NCBI RefSeq assembly: GCF_001194135.2
Contig: NC_068985.1
Coordinates: forward strand, 47,968,262 to 48,032,261
Length of the DNA stretch: 64,000 nucleotides
Direction: 5' to 3'
Source: Octopus bimaculoides
Taxonomy: Eukaryota
The notes beneath the pieces are model-generated. The model worked only from the letters and a program-made list of their open reading frames with translations. It did no database searches and had not been told where the DNA came from. Below, in pieces: positions 25,881 to 37,880 of this stretch. A program made the translations under genes and the position numbers. Positions within the stretch are counted from its first letter, which is position 1; every line of letters starts with the position of its first letter.

Positions 25881-26280
25881 TTATGATTAATATTAAGATT
25901 ATTATCATGACTAGTGTAGGTTGGTAGAATGAAACTAAATTCGTGTGCGTGCGCGTGCGCACGAGTGTGTGTACACACGCGAACAAATATGTATATATTT
26001 ACTGTTATTCTAGCGCAAACATCAAAGAAAATGACTTGATGCATTTATTCCGGCTCTAAAGATTCTGCTTTAAAATCGCGCTTTTGCTTTTCTTCTATCT
26101 GGGATCTATAAAGTAGCGTAACAGTCAAGTACCGAAATCGATGGAATCAACTAATTCCATTCCCACAAAAGATGTCGGTTTTGTGTCTAAAATACAATTA
26201 ATCATTATTGTTGTCGATCAGGCTGTTGTTGAATTTCTTTTTATTATTATCAATCTTAATTACATCAGTATTATTATTAT

Positions 26281-26743
26281 TGAGTTAGAAAGTAGTGTAT
26301 GCCATCAGATTGAGACTAGGGTATAAATATACAAAGCCTAATATACCCATCATGACTACTCCTTCGATAAGGGTACACTAGGCACATGCATCACAACCAT
26401 ATGTGCGTGACATGGTGATCTCATATCAAGATAAACAGCGCATGACTTTGCAGCTTTAGCCCAGTCAGAATTTACTTCATGTTGAGTAGCTCATCCCGCT
26501 CAAAAGGTCCCTGAATAAGAGTTACTTAAGGATGTTGAACAAAACACCCATGTTTCCGAAAATGAATTGTTCAAACCCCAAAGAATTCCTCTTAACACAT
26601 GGCTATGATGCTCCCCCACAATTTCTGCTTGTTATCAGAGATGCACAAATCATCAGCTACCAAGGAGCATGCTCAACTGGTTAAGGTCAAGCAATTGACA
26701 AGCAGATCTGTGGTATTAAGCAGAATATTTGCTTTAGCCCATC

Positions 26744-26744
<1 letters not shown>
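26281..26744. mobile_element. Unclassified interspersed repeat (longest copy)
   Basis: Shares atacccatcatgactac..gcgtgacatggtgatct.atatcaagataaacagcgcatgac with 29384-29545 and 26803-26830. No ORF. Confidence 0.75.
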
Positions 26745-26797
<53 letters not shown>

Positions 26798-26832
26798 CAT
26801 TATTTGTGCGCGACATGGTGATCTCATATCAA

Positions 26833-27178
26833 ACGATGACAAGAAAAGCTCCTTCGTGGCAAATACTGTGCTTTAACTAAACGCAAAGAAATAGACAAAG
26901 CAAAATTCCAGCAATGGCTGAGAAGCTCAGGACTCAAAGCAGAGACAGAAGGATGTTTAATTGCAGCACAAGACCAAAACCTCCCAACCAGAAATTACCA
27001 AAAACATATAATGAAAAGAAACATAACAAGTAACTGCAGAATATGTGGAGATGGACAAGAAACAATAAATCATATTATCTCTGCCTGTCCAGTCTTGGCT
27101 AAGAAGGAATATATTCACAGACACGACAGATTTGGGACCTACATTCATTGGAAGCTATGCCAACACTAGGGAATAACA
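26833..27178 (+). mobile_element. R4/Dong-clade fragment with CCHC zinc knuckle
   Basis: QWLRSSGLKAETEGCLIAAQDQNLPTRNYQKHIMK..CRICGDGQETINHIISACPVLAKKEYIHRHD..IHWKLC. Confidence 0.92.
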
Positions 27179-27769
27179 TTTAGCTCGGTGATATTGACAT
27201 TTGTTTCTGTGGTTATTTGTTCTGTGACGGCCAGGTTCATGCTATTTATTATTGATGTTTTATTATCTATTTTGATTTTTGTGAGGTATAATCGGTGGTC
27301 AATACTGAGATCTGTGGCTTTCAGTTCTTTGATTATGCTCATTTTTAGAGTATCATAATCATTAGGCTCCCCTTCACTGTTTCCAGGTGTTAGATGTGTT
27401 TCGCTTTCCTTCCCTTTCATATGTTTGTCTGTGGTGTTCTAGTTTGGTGCTTTTTTACACTTCATTATACATTCCTACGGTCTGGGTTGTTTACTTCGCT
27501 TTTGTTGGACATGTTACGTCTGTCTTCGTGTTCTACAGTTCCAATGCTTATGATAGTATTTAGTTTTGCTGTGTGGCTACTATCTACATTTTCCTGATGT
27601 ATTTTTCCTTTTAAGTATTCTATTTCTATTTCTGATATTTTTTTTTGTTTTGAAAAGATATCTTCGTATGTCAGCTAGTTAATTAGGGTTCATTGATGTA
27701 CCTAAGTCTTTATTTACGTTATTTTTCTTCCAGATTTTATATGTATATGTTCTGGTGTTTTCATTCTTT
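27179..27769 (-). mobile_element. R4/Dong-clade N-terminal ORF fragment
   Basis: TRTYTYKIWK..YDTLKMSIIKELKATDLSIDHRLYLTKIK..NLAVTEQI..NVNITELN; resembles the 7200-7900 region in architecture. Confidence 0.6.
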
Positions 27770-29363
27770 ATCGTGTCGGTCGCCTTCGAAGTGAAGATGG
27801 TCGGCACCATCCTTAAGAAATAAGAGTCGGTTGCAGGGGCTAAAATCAACGCCGACAAATCGATGTTTCCTGTTGGGCTCCGAGACAGGTAGGTCGATGA
27901 CATCGGACAGCGTCCTCGGACGCTGACCCGACGGACCAGTTAAACTGCTCGGGGTCTAGCTTGGTCCTGATCTCCTGGTTGATAAGAACTGGGACGATGT
28001 GGCAAACAGGGTGACCAGTCTTACCCAGAAATTGGTTGAGAGGAAGCTGTCTCCGAAAGGTCGGGCAGAGGTGGCAAATGCCTACATCGCCTCCGTTATC
28101 ATTTATCGCCTGACGGTTGTGCCTTGTCCCGGTTACTGCTTGACTAGGTTGGAGCGTCTCTTATTTAAATTCATGTGGAAAGGATGCGTTCCAATGGTAA
28201 GGTGGTTTGTTTGTTGCCAGCATCGTCTGAATGTTGGATTAGGTATTCTGTGGCTCTTAATACCCAGACACGCTCTTAGGTTACGGCACATGCAACGATT
28301 TCTGGACGAGGAGCGTATGGGATCCATTTGTGAGACTCGTCTTTCTGTAGCTCGTCTCCTTGGCGAAGCTGCAGGCCTGGGTGAAGAAACGACCGAGACT
28401 GGGCGCCTGGTACCTAGGACGTCGTCAGGCACTCACAACCCTCAACCAGTCGAGCAATAGAATCGGTGGATATTCCGTTTAGAAATTTATAGAGGATTAG
28501 TAACCGAGAAGTGCGAAGACGTTCTCGGGGAGTCTCTGGGCGCCGACGAAAACGAACTAGCTAGTCTGATCCTGGACGTTTCCAGTCGGGAACTATGATA
28601 GATAATTTCCTGATGTTCTTGGCGTGGTAGTGCTACCAGGGATAGCTACCGGTTCGAGATAAACTCTACAGGTACGGATGTGCTCTCAGACAGGATTGTG
28701 CGAGATGCGCGCACTGACGAAACCGTTCTGCACGCATTCGTTCAGTGTCCGGGCATTGCTGACTCGTGGAGTTGTGTCGAACATTTGCTGTCACGTGTAG
28801 GACGGATCTGTCTATCGGCCGAGTCTGTAGTGGTGATTTCTCCGCCGACCTCCTTCAATCGCACAGGGAAGCAGTTTTCTTTTGCCTGGTGGACAAGGCT
28901 AAAGGCATGAGGACAGATACATTCCTCTTTGGTAGAGTTCTCATTGGCTTCTTCAAGATTTACTTGAAAAGGAAATTGTGAGTGGAGATGGAAGTGCTGC
29001 CCTCGAGTCAATTTATTGAGAGGCAGGTGAAAGTTGCGAGAATGGTAAGATGGCACCTCTCTAAGTGTAGACCTGTGAGTCGGAGAAAAAGAATTGGAGA
29101 GGGCTCTTGCTCTTGGTATTCAAGTACAGTGGGGTTCTTCGATTATTCCTTTCGGTCATCCTCTATCAGAACGGCTACATCTCTATCATCTTCCCCTTTT
29201 TTTAATCTTTGTATACTATGTACATGTTCCTTCATTTTACATTGTATACTGTGTATACTTACCTTCTTTTTCTATATCATTTCGTTATATATAAACTATC
29301 ACACTATATGTTTGTCTTTGTATTGTGCCCCTCATGCTTCGCACTGAAGGTAAATAAATAAAA
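27770..29363 (+). mobile_element. Tx1-type L1-clade retrotransposon, 5' truncated
   Basis: GAKINADKS; VKLLGV; KNWDDVANRVTSLTQKLVERKLSPKGRAEVANAYIASVIIYRLTVVPCP; LFKFMWKG; zinc knuckle ETVLHAFVQCP; T-rich 3' UTR ending taaataaataaaa. Confidence 0.9.
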
Positions 29364-29383
29364 TCATTATTTTCATTATTCTA

Positions 29384-29545
29384 TGAGAGAGTAGAGAATG
29401 GCATCAAAGTGACACTGGGCTACAAATATACGAAGCCCAATATACCCATCATGACTACGTGTCTGATAAATGTGCAAGGCATATGCACTATCATAAGTGC
29501 GTGACATGGTGATCTTATATCAAGATAAACAGCGCATGACCTTGC
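29384..29545. mobile_element. Second copy of the unclassified repeat at 26281
   Basis: Direct sequence similarity within the window. Confidence 0.7.
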
Positions 29546-30488
29546 TATGGTGGCTAGATAAGATGTTCAACTTCACTAGAATGTTCCTCGTGCCATTCAG
29601 TAACAACTTTAGCTGTGTGAATTGGTGCTTTATCATCCTGAAAGATTGCCTTTCCCTCCGGAAACAGGTCCGCAACTGTAGGATGAATTTGATCTGACAA
29701 AAATGCTTAAATAGTCTTGACTATTAATTCTGCCATGAAGGGAAACCATCGGGCCGGCGGATTTCCAAGATATAGCCCTCCAGATCATCACAGATCTTCC
29801 TCCATGTTTAATAGTTGGACGAAAGCAGTCTGGGTCAAATGCTTCTTTTGGATGTCTCCACACGTATACTCGGTCAGTCGTCGGAAATAAGGTAAAGGAT
29901 GACTCGTCTGAGAAAATAACATTCTTCTACTGTTTTTGAAAGCAGTGGTTTTCTGATTGCAGCCCTTTCGGGAAATGAGGCTTTGTACAGCTCCTGGCGA
30001 ACAGTTTTTGTGGAAACTGGGTTCTCGAGGGGGTCATTAAGTTCTGTAGTAATTTTGGGAGTTGTACTTTTGGGATCCTTTCTGACAATTCGCGTCAGAT
30101 TCCCACGGTCCCTATCTGAAAATTTTGGTTTTCTTCCGGAGTTTTGTTTCGACAAGGAGGTTTTTCCCTCTTTCACAAAGGCTGTCATTACTTTCGAGAC
30201 AGTACTTCATGATACATCAAACATTTCGGCTGTTTACGTTATGCTAGCGCCTACTATACGAGCACCAACAATTTGACCGCTTTGAAAGTCATCAGACCTT
30301 GTAATTTTCATAAAGTTTAATTACCCTTTTCTGATGATATCTGAAAAGAAACAGCAATGTTAGCAAATCATTTTAAACGACCCTAATAATAAGTCAAAAC
30401 CATAAAAATAACAAGTTTTTGGCGGTTTCATAGATATTTCAAAATTATGATACTATGATGCTAGGTGTTTCCATTATTTGTCCAACAC

Positions 30489-30490
<2 letters not shown>
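29546..30490 (-). mobile_element. Tc1-family transposon, left TIR plus most of the transposase, 3' truncated
   Basis: SGRKPKFSDRDR..RIVRKDPKSTTPKIT..VSTKTVRQEL..AAIRKPLLS; ISDD; PTIKHGGRSVMIW; FQDDKAPIHTAK. Left TIR aggtgttggacaaataatggaaacacc. Confidence 0.93.
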
Positions 30491-30528
<38 letters not shown>

Positions 30529-30771
30529 TTATCTATCTATCTATATATATATATATACGTATATAAGCAAATATATACGCACACATATAGTCGCACACAA
30601 TGAACATACATACACACACCCACACACACGTGCACACACACACACACACACACATACACGCGTGCGCGCGCAAGCACGCACGCTCAAACACACACATACA
30701 TATATAGTGGAATCTATCTATCGTTTTCCTAACCTTTAGGAAATAAACTGTTGCTGTATTTGCGAGTTTAT

Positions 30772-30793
30772 TATTGCCGTTGTTGTTGTGGTG

Positions 30794-30827
<34 letters not shown>

Positions 30828-30855
30828 TTGTTCTTCTTCTTCTTTTCTTCTTCTT

Positions 30856-30929
<74 letters not shown>

Positions 30930-30930
30930 G

Positions 30931-30998
<68 letters not shown>

Positions 30999-31150
30999 CA
31001 TTAGTAGTAGTAGTAGTAGTACTAGTAGTAGTAATGTTAGTATAATTATTATTGCTGTTGTTGTGGTTGTTATTGTTGTTGCTGTTGACGTCGTTGTAAT
31101 TGTTATTGTTCGTTGTGGTGCGGATGGCGTTGCTATTCTTGTTTTGTTGT
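30772..31150. repeat. Compound in-phase trinucleotide array (GTT/GGT/GCT/CTT/ATT/AGT)
   Basis: Read directly; it explains the ORFs at 30751-31260. Confidence 0.95.
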
Positions 31151-31306
31151 TATTACCATTAAAGTTTATCATAATAATGAATACATATACACATATATGT
31201 TCATACTTGTATTCCTGCATATATTACTCTCTCTTCACATACATATATACACACACATAGATGTGTGTGTATCTGTGTGTGTGAGCGTGAGTACGTGTAT
31301 ACATCC

Positions 31307-31337
<31 letters not shown>

Positions 31338-32029
31338 TANNNNNNNNNNNNNNNNNNNNNNNNNNNNNNNNNNNNNNNNNNNNNNNNNNNNNNNNNNNNN
31401 NNNNNNNNNNNNNNNNNNNNTATATATATATATATATATATATATGCATACATGCAGACAGATAGCCAGACACGCACTCACACACACACACACTCACATA
31501 CACACACTCACATACTCACACACACACACATATATATATGTATATACATCTATATATCCATCCACACGTTTGTATGTATGCAAGCCCCAGGAAATCAGAA
31601 CGGCGCAATGTGACAATAAAGTTAATTATCAGCGCGTTACACACCGAACCGTTCATTGCCTCTCCAACATTACGTGATAAGTGTTTATTTAGCCAGAATC
31701 TACCTTCCTTAATCAATTTATGCGCAACATTTCTCCCTCAAACACACTGTAATCTGTAACTTCACATATAGGCATTAACACCAAGATTGTCCACAAATAT
31801 TGTCATGTTTGGAGTCTCTTCTGTTGCCAGTTTATAAATATATGTACAAATGTTTATTCAAAAATACTTTACATTTCTATAAAGTGTGTGGATAGCTAAA
31901 TATGTATTTATGTACATATATACCCTCCGCACATGCACATGCACACATACACACACACGCACACAGTCATACACGCGTGCGTGAGTACACACACACAACA
32001 CTCATAATTTACTAACACGAATAGTATTT

Positions 32030-32930
32030 ACAGTGGTTTCAATGTATGGGCCAACTAAATCCTCATCGACCTGTGACGCATTAAGTTAATCATGGTGTTA
32101 TTAAGTTTCGAGATAATTTTTTTCTGGTGAATGGTGGGGTACAGTTAAATGTAAATTAGGGTGTAGTGTAGGGTGTGATGGAGAAGTGCTGTGAAGAAAT
32201 TTTATTCATTATATTTGAGATTATATTCTTGTCCAGAATTTATTCATGGGTGTAATACTTTCTAAACAGGTGTATATATATATATATATATAGGTTTGTC
32301 AGCTGCAGCTCACGGTATTGTATTTTGTTTGTTTTTGAAAAAAATGAAGTTGGTAGGTAGAGGAAGATTTCGTTCTAGTGGATGTGTCATTATTTTTGTT
32401 TTTTTATTTCTAGTTTTATTGCAGTTAGCCCTTTGCTTTGGGAATGTAAATTTCATTTGTCCAGCATTTAACAAATTAACAATAGGAATTGTGGTTGTCA
32501 GTTATATTTTAATGCAGTTTTTACGGGTTCACAAAAGCATGTAAATTGGTGGTATGCTTTAGCCGGTCAGTAAGTTTTTCACTTAGTGTTGATGCTACTT
32601 ACAATATTTTCTGTGTGTATTTGGAAGGTGTAATTTATTTATCAAGCATGCCATGGTGTTGTTAGTATACAAATTGTTTTTGTCTTGTGCTTTCATGTTC
32701 AAAAGTGGGTGGGTAGGTGTAAAGGTTGTAGGTCAGTACATTTCTCTCAACAGATTCTTTGTTTCATAAGCAATTTAATTGATATTGATACGTTTGTATG
32801 TTATGAAAGCCGGGTTCGAGGGTTATATGTTCATGAAACTTTCTTTAATTCTGTTTCAAATGTGGGTATTTTATAATATAGTATGTTAGGCCTATGGGTA
32901 TGTATGAATGTGGGGCATTATTAAAAAAAA
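32030..32930 (-). mobile_element. Possible highly decayed PLE (GIY-YIG region)
   Basis: Weak frameshifted remnants: RKFHEH, HNSYC*FVKC..IYI, NLPLPTNF. Confidence 0.35.
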
Positions 32931-33693
32931 GCGCGTAAAGGCTCATTTATAAAAACAGCAATGAAAATAATATCCATTTAAAAAAAAATGATTTATTTAA
33001 TCTTTTTTAAATTAATTAAAAAGGAATAACAATTGGCTGTATAAAAAGCATATACTTTTATGTGAGTGCATATAGATTTCTCTGCTTGTCTTAGAAAATG
33101 TTTCGGGGGAATATGGTAGGAGATTGCGACATTTTTAGATAATTGAATGGGAGAAGTAACGCGAAAAGTCGAGAAGGAAGCATATGGAAAATGTGGATGT
33201 TTAAAAAACGGAAAACTTAAAAGTAATCAGAAATAAATGAAAAGGTAAAAGAACTATCTCCCTTAGATATTGAATAATAAAGCTGGAAAAATAGCGACAA
33301 ATTAATCTAGTATAGGCGGAATTTTCCATTCTTCAAAAGAAACTTATGTATATGTTTACAACTGCTGACAATTTCAGTCCTAGAGTTCGTGAATTAGATA
33401 TCTTTGATCTAAAAAGCATCTGTGCTCTTTCAGCTAACTGATCCATTACTATAAGGGGTGGATTTTTCGATTATTTTCCACTGAAGCGTATGTGGTTGTG
33501 TTAGATTTCAAATTCCATGCGTTGCTATTTTTCCAGCCTTATAACGTAAGGTCTATTTATCTATCTAGTATCTTCCTTTGTATATCTGTTTATCTATCTA
33601 CATGTCTGTCGTCTGTCTGTGTCGGTACCCATCCGTTAAAGTTTGTAAATGCAATATTTTTCTCAATTATTGCACTTACATGTATAAGCATGA

Positions 33694-33775
<82 letters not shown>

Positions 33776-33800
33776 TTGTGTGTGTGTTTGTGTGTGTGCA
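33694..33800. repeat. (TG)n microsatellite
   Basis: Read directly. Confidence 0.98.
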
Positions 33801-34164
33801 ATATGTCAAATCCAAACAAAATGCATATCATAAAAACATTGTTTTCTAATATGATAAATTTGTTAATTAATGTCTCTGTTAATGAGCAAGAAAATTGTAT
33901 AGCAATTACGTCTACATTTGTTCGTATTTGGCATTTATATTCTTTGCAAAATCACAGCTCATTAATAATATAATTAGATTTATACAACACTCAAATACTC
34001 GTTTCGTAATTATTTAAGCGAATCCGTCGAGAATTGCTGTCCACTCTAATATAATTAGTTTGAGAGAAATATTTGAAAAAAACAATTTACGTGGTTTTCA
34101 TACGCAGAAAATATGAAAATAGATTCTTTTTCAGATGATCCATACGAAGAGAAACATAGTGGTT

Positions 34165-34230
<66 letters not shown>

Positions 34231-34304
34231 GAGAGAGCGTCATGGACAAAGAGACCGGGTGAGAAAGAGCAGGAGAGTGTGATAAGGAAAGATATTTTTT
34301 TCTA

Positions 34305-34497
34305 CTTTAGGCACAAGGTCCGAAATTTTGGGGGAGGGGGTCAGTCGATTAGATCGACCCCAGTACGCAGTTGGTACTTAATTTATTGACCCCAAAATTA
34401 TGAAAGGCGAAGTTGATCTCGACGGAATTTGAACTCAGAGGGTAAAGACAGACGAACTACCACCAAGCATTTCACCAGGCGTGCTAACGTTTCTACC
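34305..34497 (-). mobile_element. SINE family A
   Basis: Reverse complement matches 5046 and 42262 (gatcgaccccagt, atgaaaggcgaagttga, ggaatttgaactcaga, gtgctaacgtttct). Confidence 0.85.
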
Positions 34498-35109
34498 TTT
34501 GATAAGGAAAGACATTGTCTCACGTAGTACATGTTAAACTTTGCATTTAGAATTACAACCTTAGAAGGACTGCGAAATATGAGTTGTTAACCCTTGGCTC
34601 GAATTTCTGGTAGTCGGGTGGGGTTTATAGGTTATGGAGAACTTTGCTTTTATTTAATTTTATTTTTTAGTTTCGATTAAAAGTTCTAATTCCACGTGTC
34701 GGATATATCCTTGTTTTATTCCTTCTGATTCTTTGTATTCCGACTACCACGAAATTGGTGCCAAGTTGTAACGGTTCAATTCGGTCGTTCTCCCTAGATG
34801 GCAATGGAAAAGGAATAACCAGTCATCTTCCGTATACATGGGCAAAATGGGTCAAAACTGACTAAGGCCCCTGAACTTAAAATATTGAACAGATATTAAT
34901 CGTTATGTTTAGCCTCACGTTCGACCAGATAGAGATCTATGATCAAAAGACGGGACTTCATGAAACGCTGTTCCTTATCAATACCATACTATGCAAAAGT
35001 AGTTTGGTATTGATAATGAATAAAGGATAAAGAATCTTTTAGAGGGTTTGCCGAGTGGTTTGTGCTATATTTACGTAGACACAAACAGGGCAGCAAAAAT
35101 GTGTGATAT

Positions 35110-35520
35110 CTCTGAGTGACTATTGCTTATGAAGCCAATATGGTTCTAAAATTGTGGGGAGGAAGATCCTGAAAATTTAGTAGAGACCCTAAGGGAAATA
35201 GTATGGTAGAAAGGCTTGCAATCAAGGTGATACACGGATGCATAAACATATGTCTTGGGATGACAGTCTTCTTGAAGATGTCGTAATGCATAAAAATCAG
35301 TCGGTGAAAATATGCAACTTTTCCAGGTGTTTTCGAAAGTGATCTGCACTTTACTAAACAGTGCATCTCTATAAGAACATACTGGGCTTTCAGGTCAATG
35401 TTTTGTGAGCGGAATGTGAAGACGTTTGCTTCAGACACATTCTTTAACACAGAAATACCCCTGATAAAGTGTTGGTTGCACGCACCAGTCATGTGCTTGT
35501 GTTATTGCAGGAGAGGTATT
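35110..35520 (-). mobile_element. Possible CR1/Jockey-group APE endonuclease relic
   Basis: Decayed ..CKPFYHTISL / FPLGS.. (PLGxSDH-like) followed by FQDLPP. Confidence 0.4.
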
Positions 35521-36079
35521 CTGTCGTATGTTAATACGTAATGGGCAATTATGGGTAGCGAGGGATAAATTAAAACGCAGTTATTATAACCTTCTCATCT
35601 ATATTGATATGTAAATGACTTTTACGCGTAAAAATGTTGTGTAAACAGGTTGAATGCAAAGGAAAATGGTATGTGAAAAAAGACAGATATTTGTAACGTA
35701 TACAATAGTATTTTAGCAGTTATCATATATTTGAATACGAAATTGAGTGATTTTCAAAATCTGCACTTCTCAAATTGACAGTGCTTCCATTATAATCATT
35801 TCCCTTTGCTATGACGCATATCATTAGGCATTTTTAAAAGAAAATGTTCCTTCTTCAAAAACACTAAGATGAACAGCATTCACTTGATAATTTCTGAGCT
35901 CCACATCTCAAAGAAGCACCAGCAATATCCAAAAAAAAACAGAGCCATTGAAACGTTGAAGATCCTTTTAATGTTTCACTTGAAATAGAAATTTTTCGAG
36001 ATTTTCGAAATGTTTTCTGTAATGTTGGTTACACAATATCCAAAGATACAGATTTTCCAAAAGACATGATCATTAAAAA

Positions 36080-36300
36080 TCAAATGAAGATGTCAAGATA
36101 TTGTTTTATGCGGGGTTCACTCAAAAGTCAATTATGATTCAACAGAGTTATGATCAAAAGTATCTGGGCTACGATTTCAGTGCCATTTTAGATGTCTCAC
36201 TGCAATGAGATTGTCAAATGTGTCTTTTGTTTTTAAGACTGCGAAGAGTGGATTTCAGGAAATTTCTGCTGATACTTCTGACAGTTGGAGCAGCAACGTA
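36080..36300 (+). mobile_element. Possible piggyBac transposase relic
   Basis: Weak: EL*SKVSG..MSHCNEIVKCV resembles LW...G....MSRxRFxxIxxxLRFD. Confidence 0.22.
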
Positions 36301-37334
36301 AAAGCTTTTTGGTTGTCAAGTAAATGTTGAATTTTATATGATGAAAGTTTGGATGAAAATGTAAACTTATATTANNNNNNNNNNNNNNNNNNNNNNNNNN
36401 NNNNNNNNNNNNNNNNNNNNNNNNNNNNNNNNNNNNNNNNNNNNNNNNNNNNNNNNNNNNNNNNNNNNNNNNNNNNNNNNNNNNNNNNNNNNNNNNNNNN
36501 NNNNNNNNNNNNNNNNNNNNNNNNNNNNNNNNNNNNNNNNNNNNNNNNNNNNNNNNNNNNNNNNNNNNNNNNNNNNNNNNNNNNNNNNNNNNNNNNNNNN
36601 NNNNNNNNNNNNNNNNNNNNNNNNNNNNNNNNNNNNNNNNNNNNNNNNNNNNNNNNNNNNNNNNNNNNNNNNNNNNNNNNNNNNNNNNNNNNNNNNNNNN
36701 NNNNNNNNNNNNNNNNNNNNNNNNNNNNNNNNNNNNNNNNNNNNNNNNNNNNNNNNNNNNNNNNNNNNNNNNNNNNNNNNNNNNNNNNNNNNNNNNNNNN
36801 NNNNNNNNNNNNNNNNNNNNNNNNNNNNNNNNNNNNNNNNNNNNNNNNNNNNNNGTGCGTGCGTGCGTGTGTGTGCATGCGTCTTTGTCCCCCATCTCCG
36901 TTTGAAAATCGGTGCTATTGTGCTTACGTTCCTGTAACTTAGCAGTTCGGCAAGAGTCACGGATACCAGAAGCACTAAGCTTAAAAAATAAGTCTTGCAG
37001 CAGTCGAATTACTACGAAAAATAATCGCATTTTCAGCACATATTTATATATATATATGCATTTCTACGCCTGTGCCTGTAATAGGCCCTCTCGTCCCTTA
37101 AGTCTACGCTGCGCTTTCTATTTAAGCATAATATAGTTTTCATCAATACAACCTTCATCCATCACTTTATTTCACTCTTTTTACTAATTTTTCCATTCTA
37201 TGTTTCCAATACTTGCATACCATCCCTTCTGCCGCCTGCATTGACAATAGCCCATATATTTATTCATGGAGCAATGATCTGACATCCTACAAGAGGTTTA
37301 TGAATGATCCATCATCTTTAACTAAATGAGATGT

Positions 37335-37374
37335 ATCTATTCCTTGCGAACATCTCTGTTCGCAAGGAATAGAT
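37335..37374. other. Perfect 18-bp stem hairpin with 4-nt loop
   Basis: atctattccttgcgaaca-tctc-tgttcgcaaggaatagat. Confidence 0.92.
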
Positions 37375-37880
37375 TATGACTGTAACTACAATTACTGGAT
37401 TAAATATACCTATAGACATTGATAATCTTAAATCTTATGGAGAGATAGCAGCATTAGAGCGAAGAGTATATGAAATATATATATATGAGTATATATATAT
37501 ATATATATATATATNNNNNNNNNNNNNNNNNNNNNNNNNNNNNNNNNNNNNNNNNNNNNNNNNNNNNNNNNNNNNNNNNNNNNNNNNNNNNNNNNNNNNN
37601 NNNNNNNNNNNNNNNNNNNNNNNNNNNNNNNNNNNNNNNNNNNNNNNNNNNNNNNNNNNNNNNNNNNNNNNNNNNNNNNNNNNNNNNNNNNNNNNNNNNN
37701 NNNNNNNNNNNNNNNNATATATATATAAAGTGAGAGAGAGTTACAGAGATAGAGAGTGTGTGTGTATGTGCGCGCGGGTCGAGAATGTAAAAGATATAAT
37801 TAAAACTATTCAAACAAAGTTTTGACTAATAAATAAACTCGTCTACATATTCAGATATAGACATACACATAGTCAATCTT

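Noticed and set aside
26833-27769. Twin-priming 5' inversion
   Set aside because: The fragments are convergent; twin priming yields a divergent arrangement with an intact 3' tail.
32035-32085. gtcgatgag..gaaaccac at the end of the possible PLE relic
   Set aside because: The core is non-canonical and stem II does not pair; too degenerate to call.
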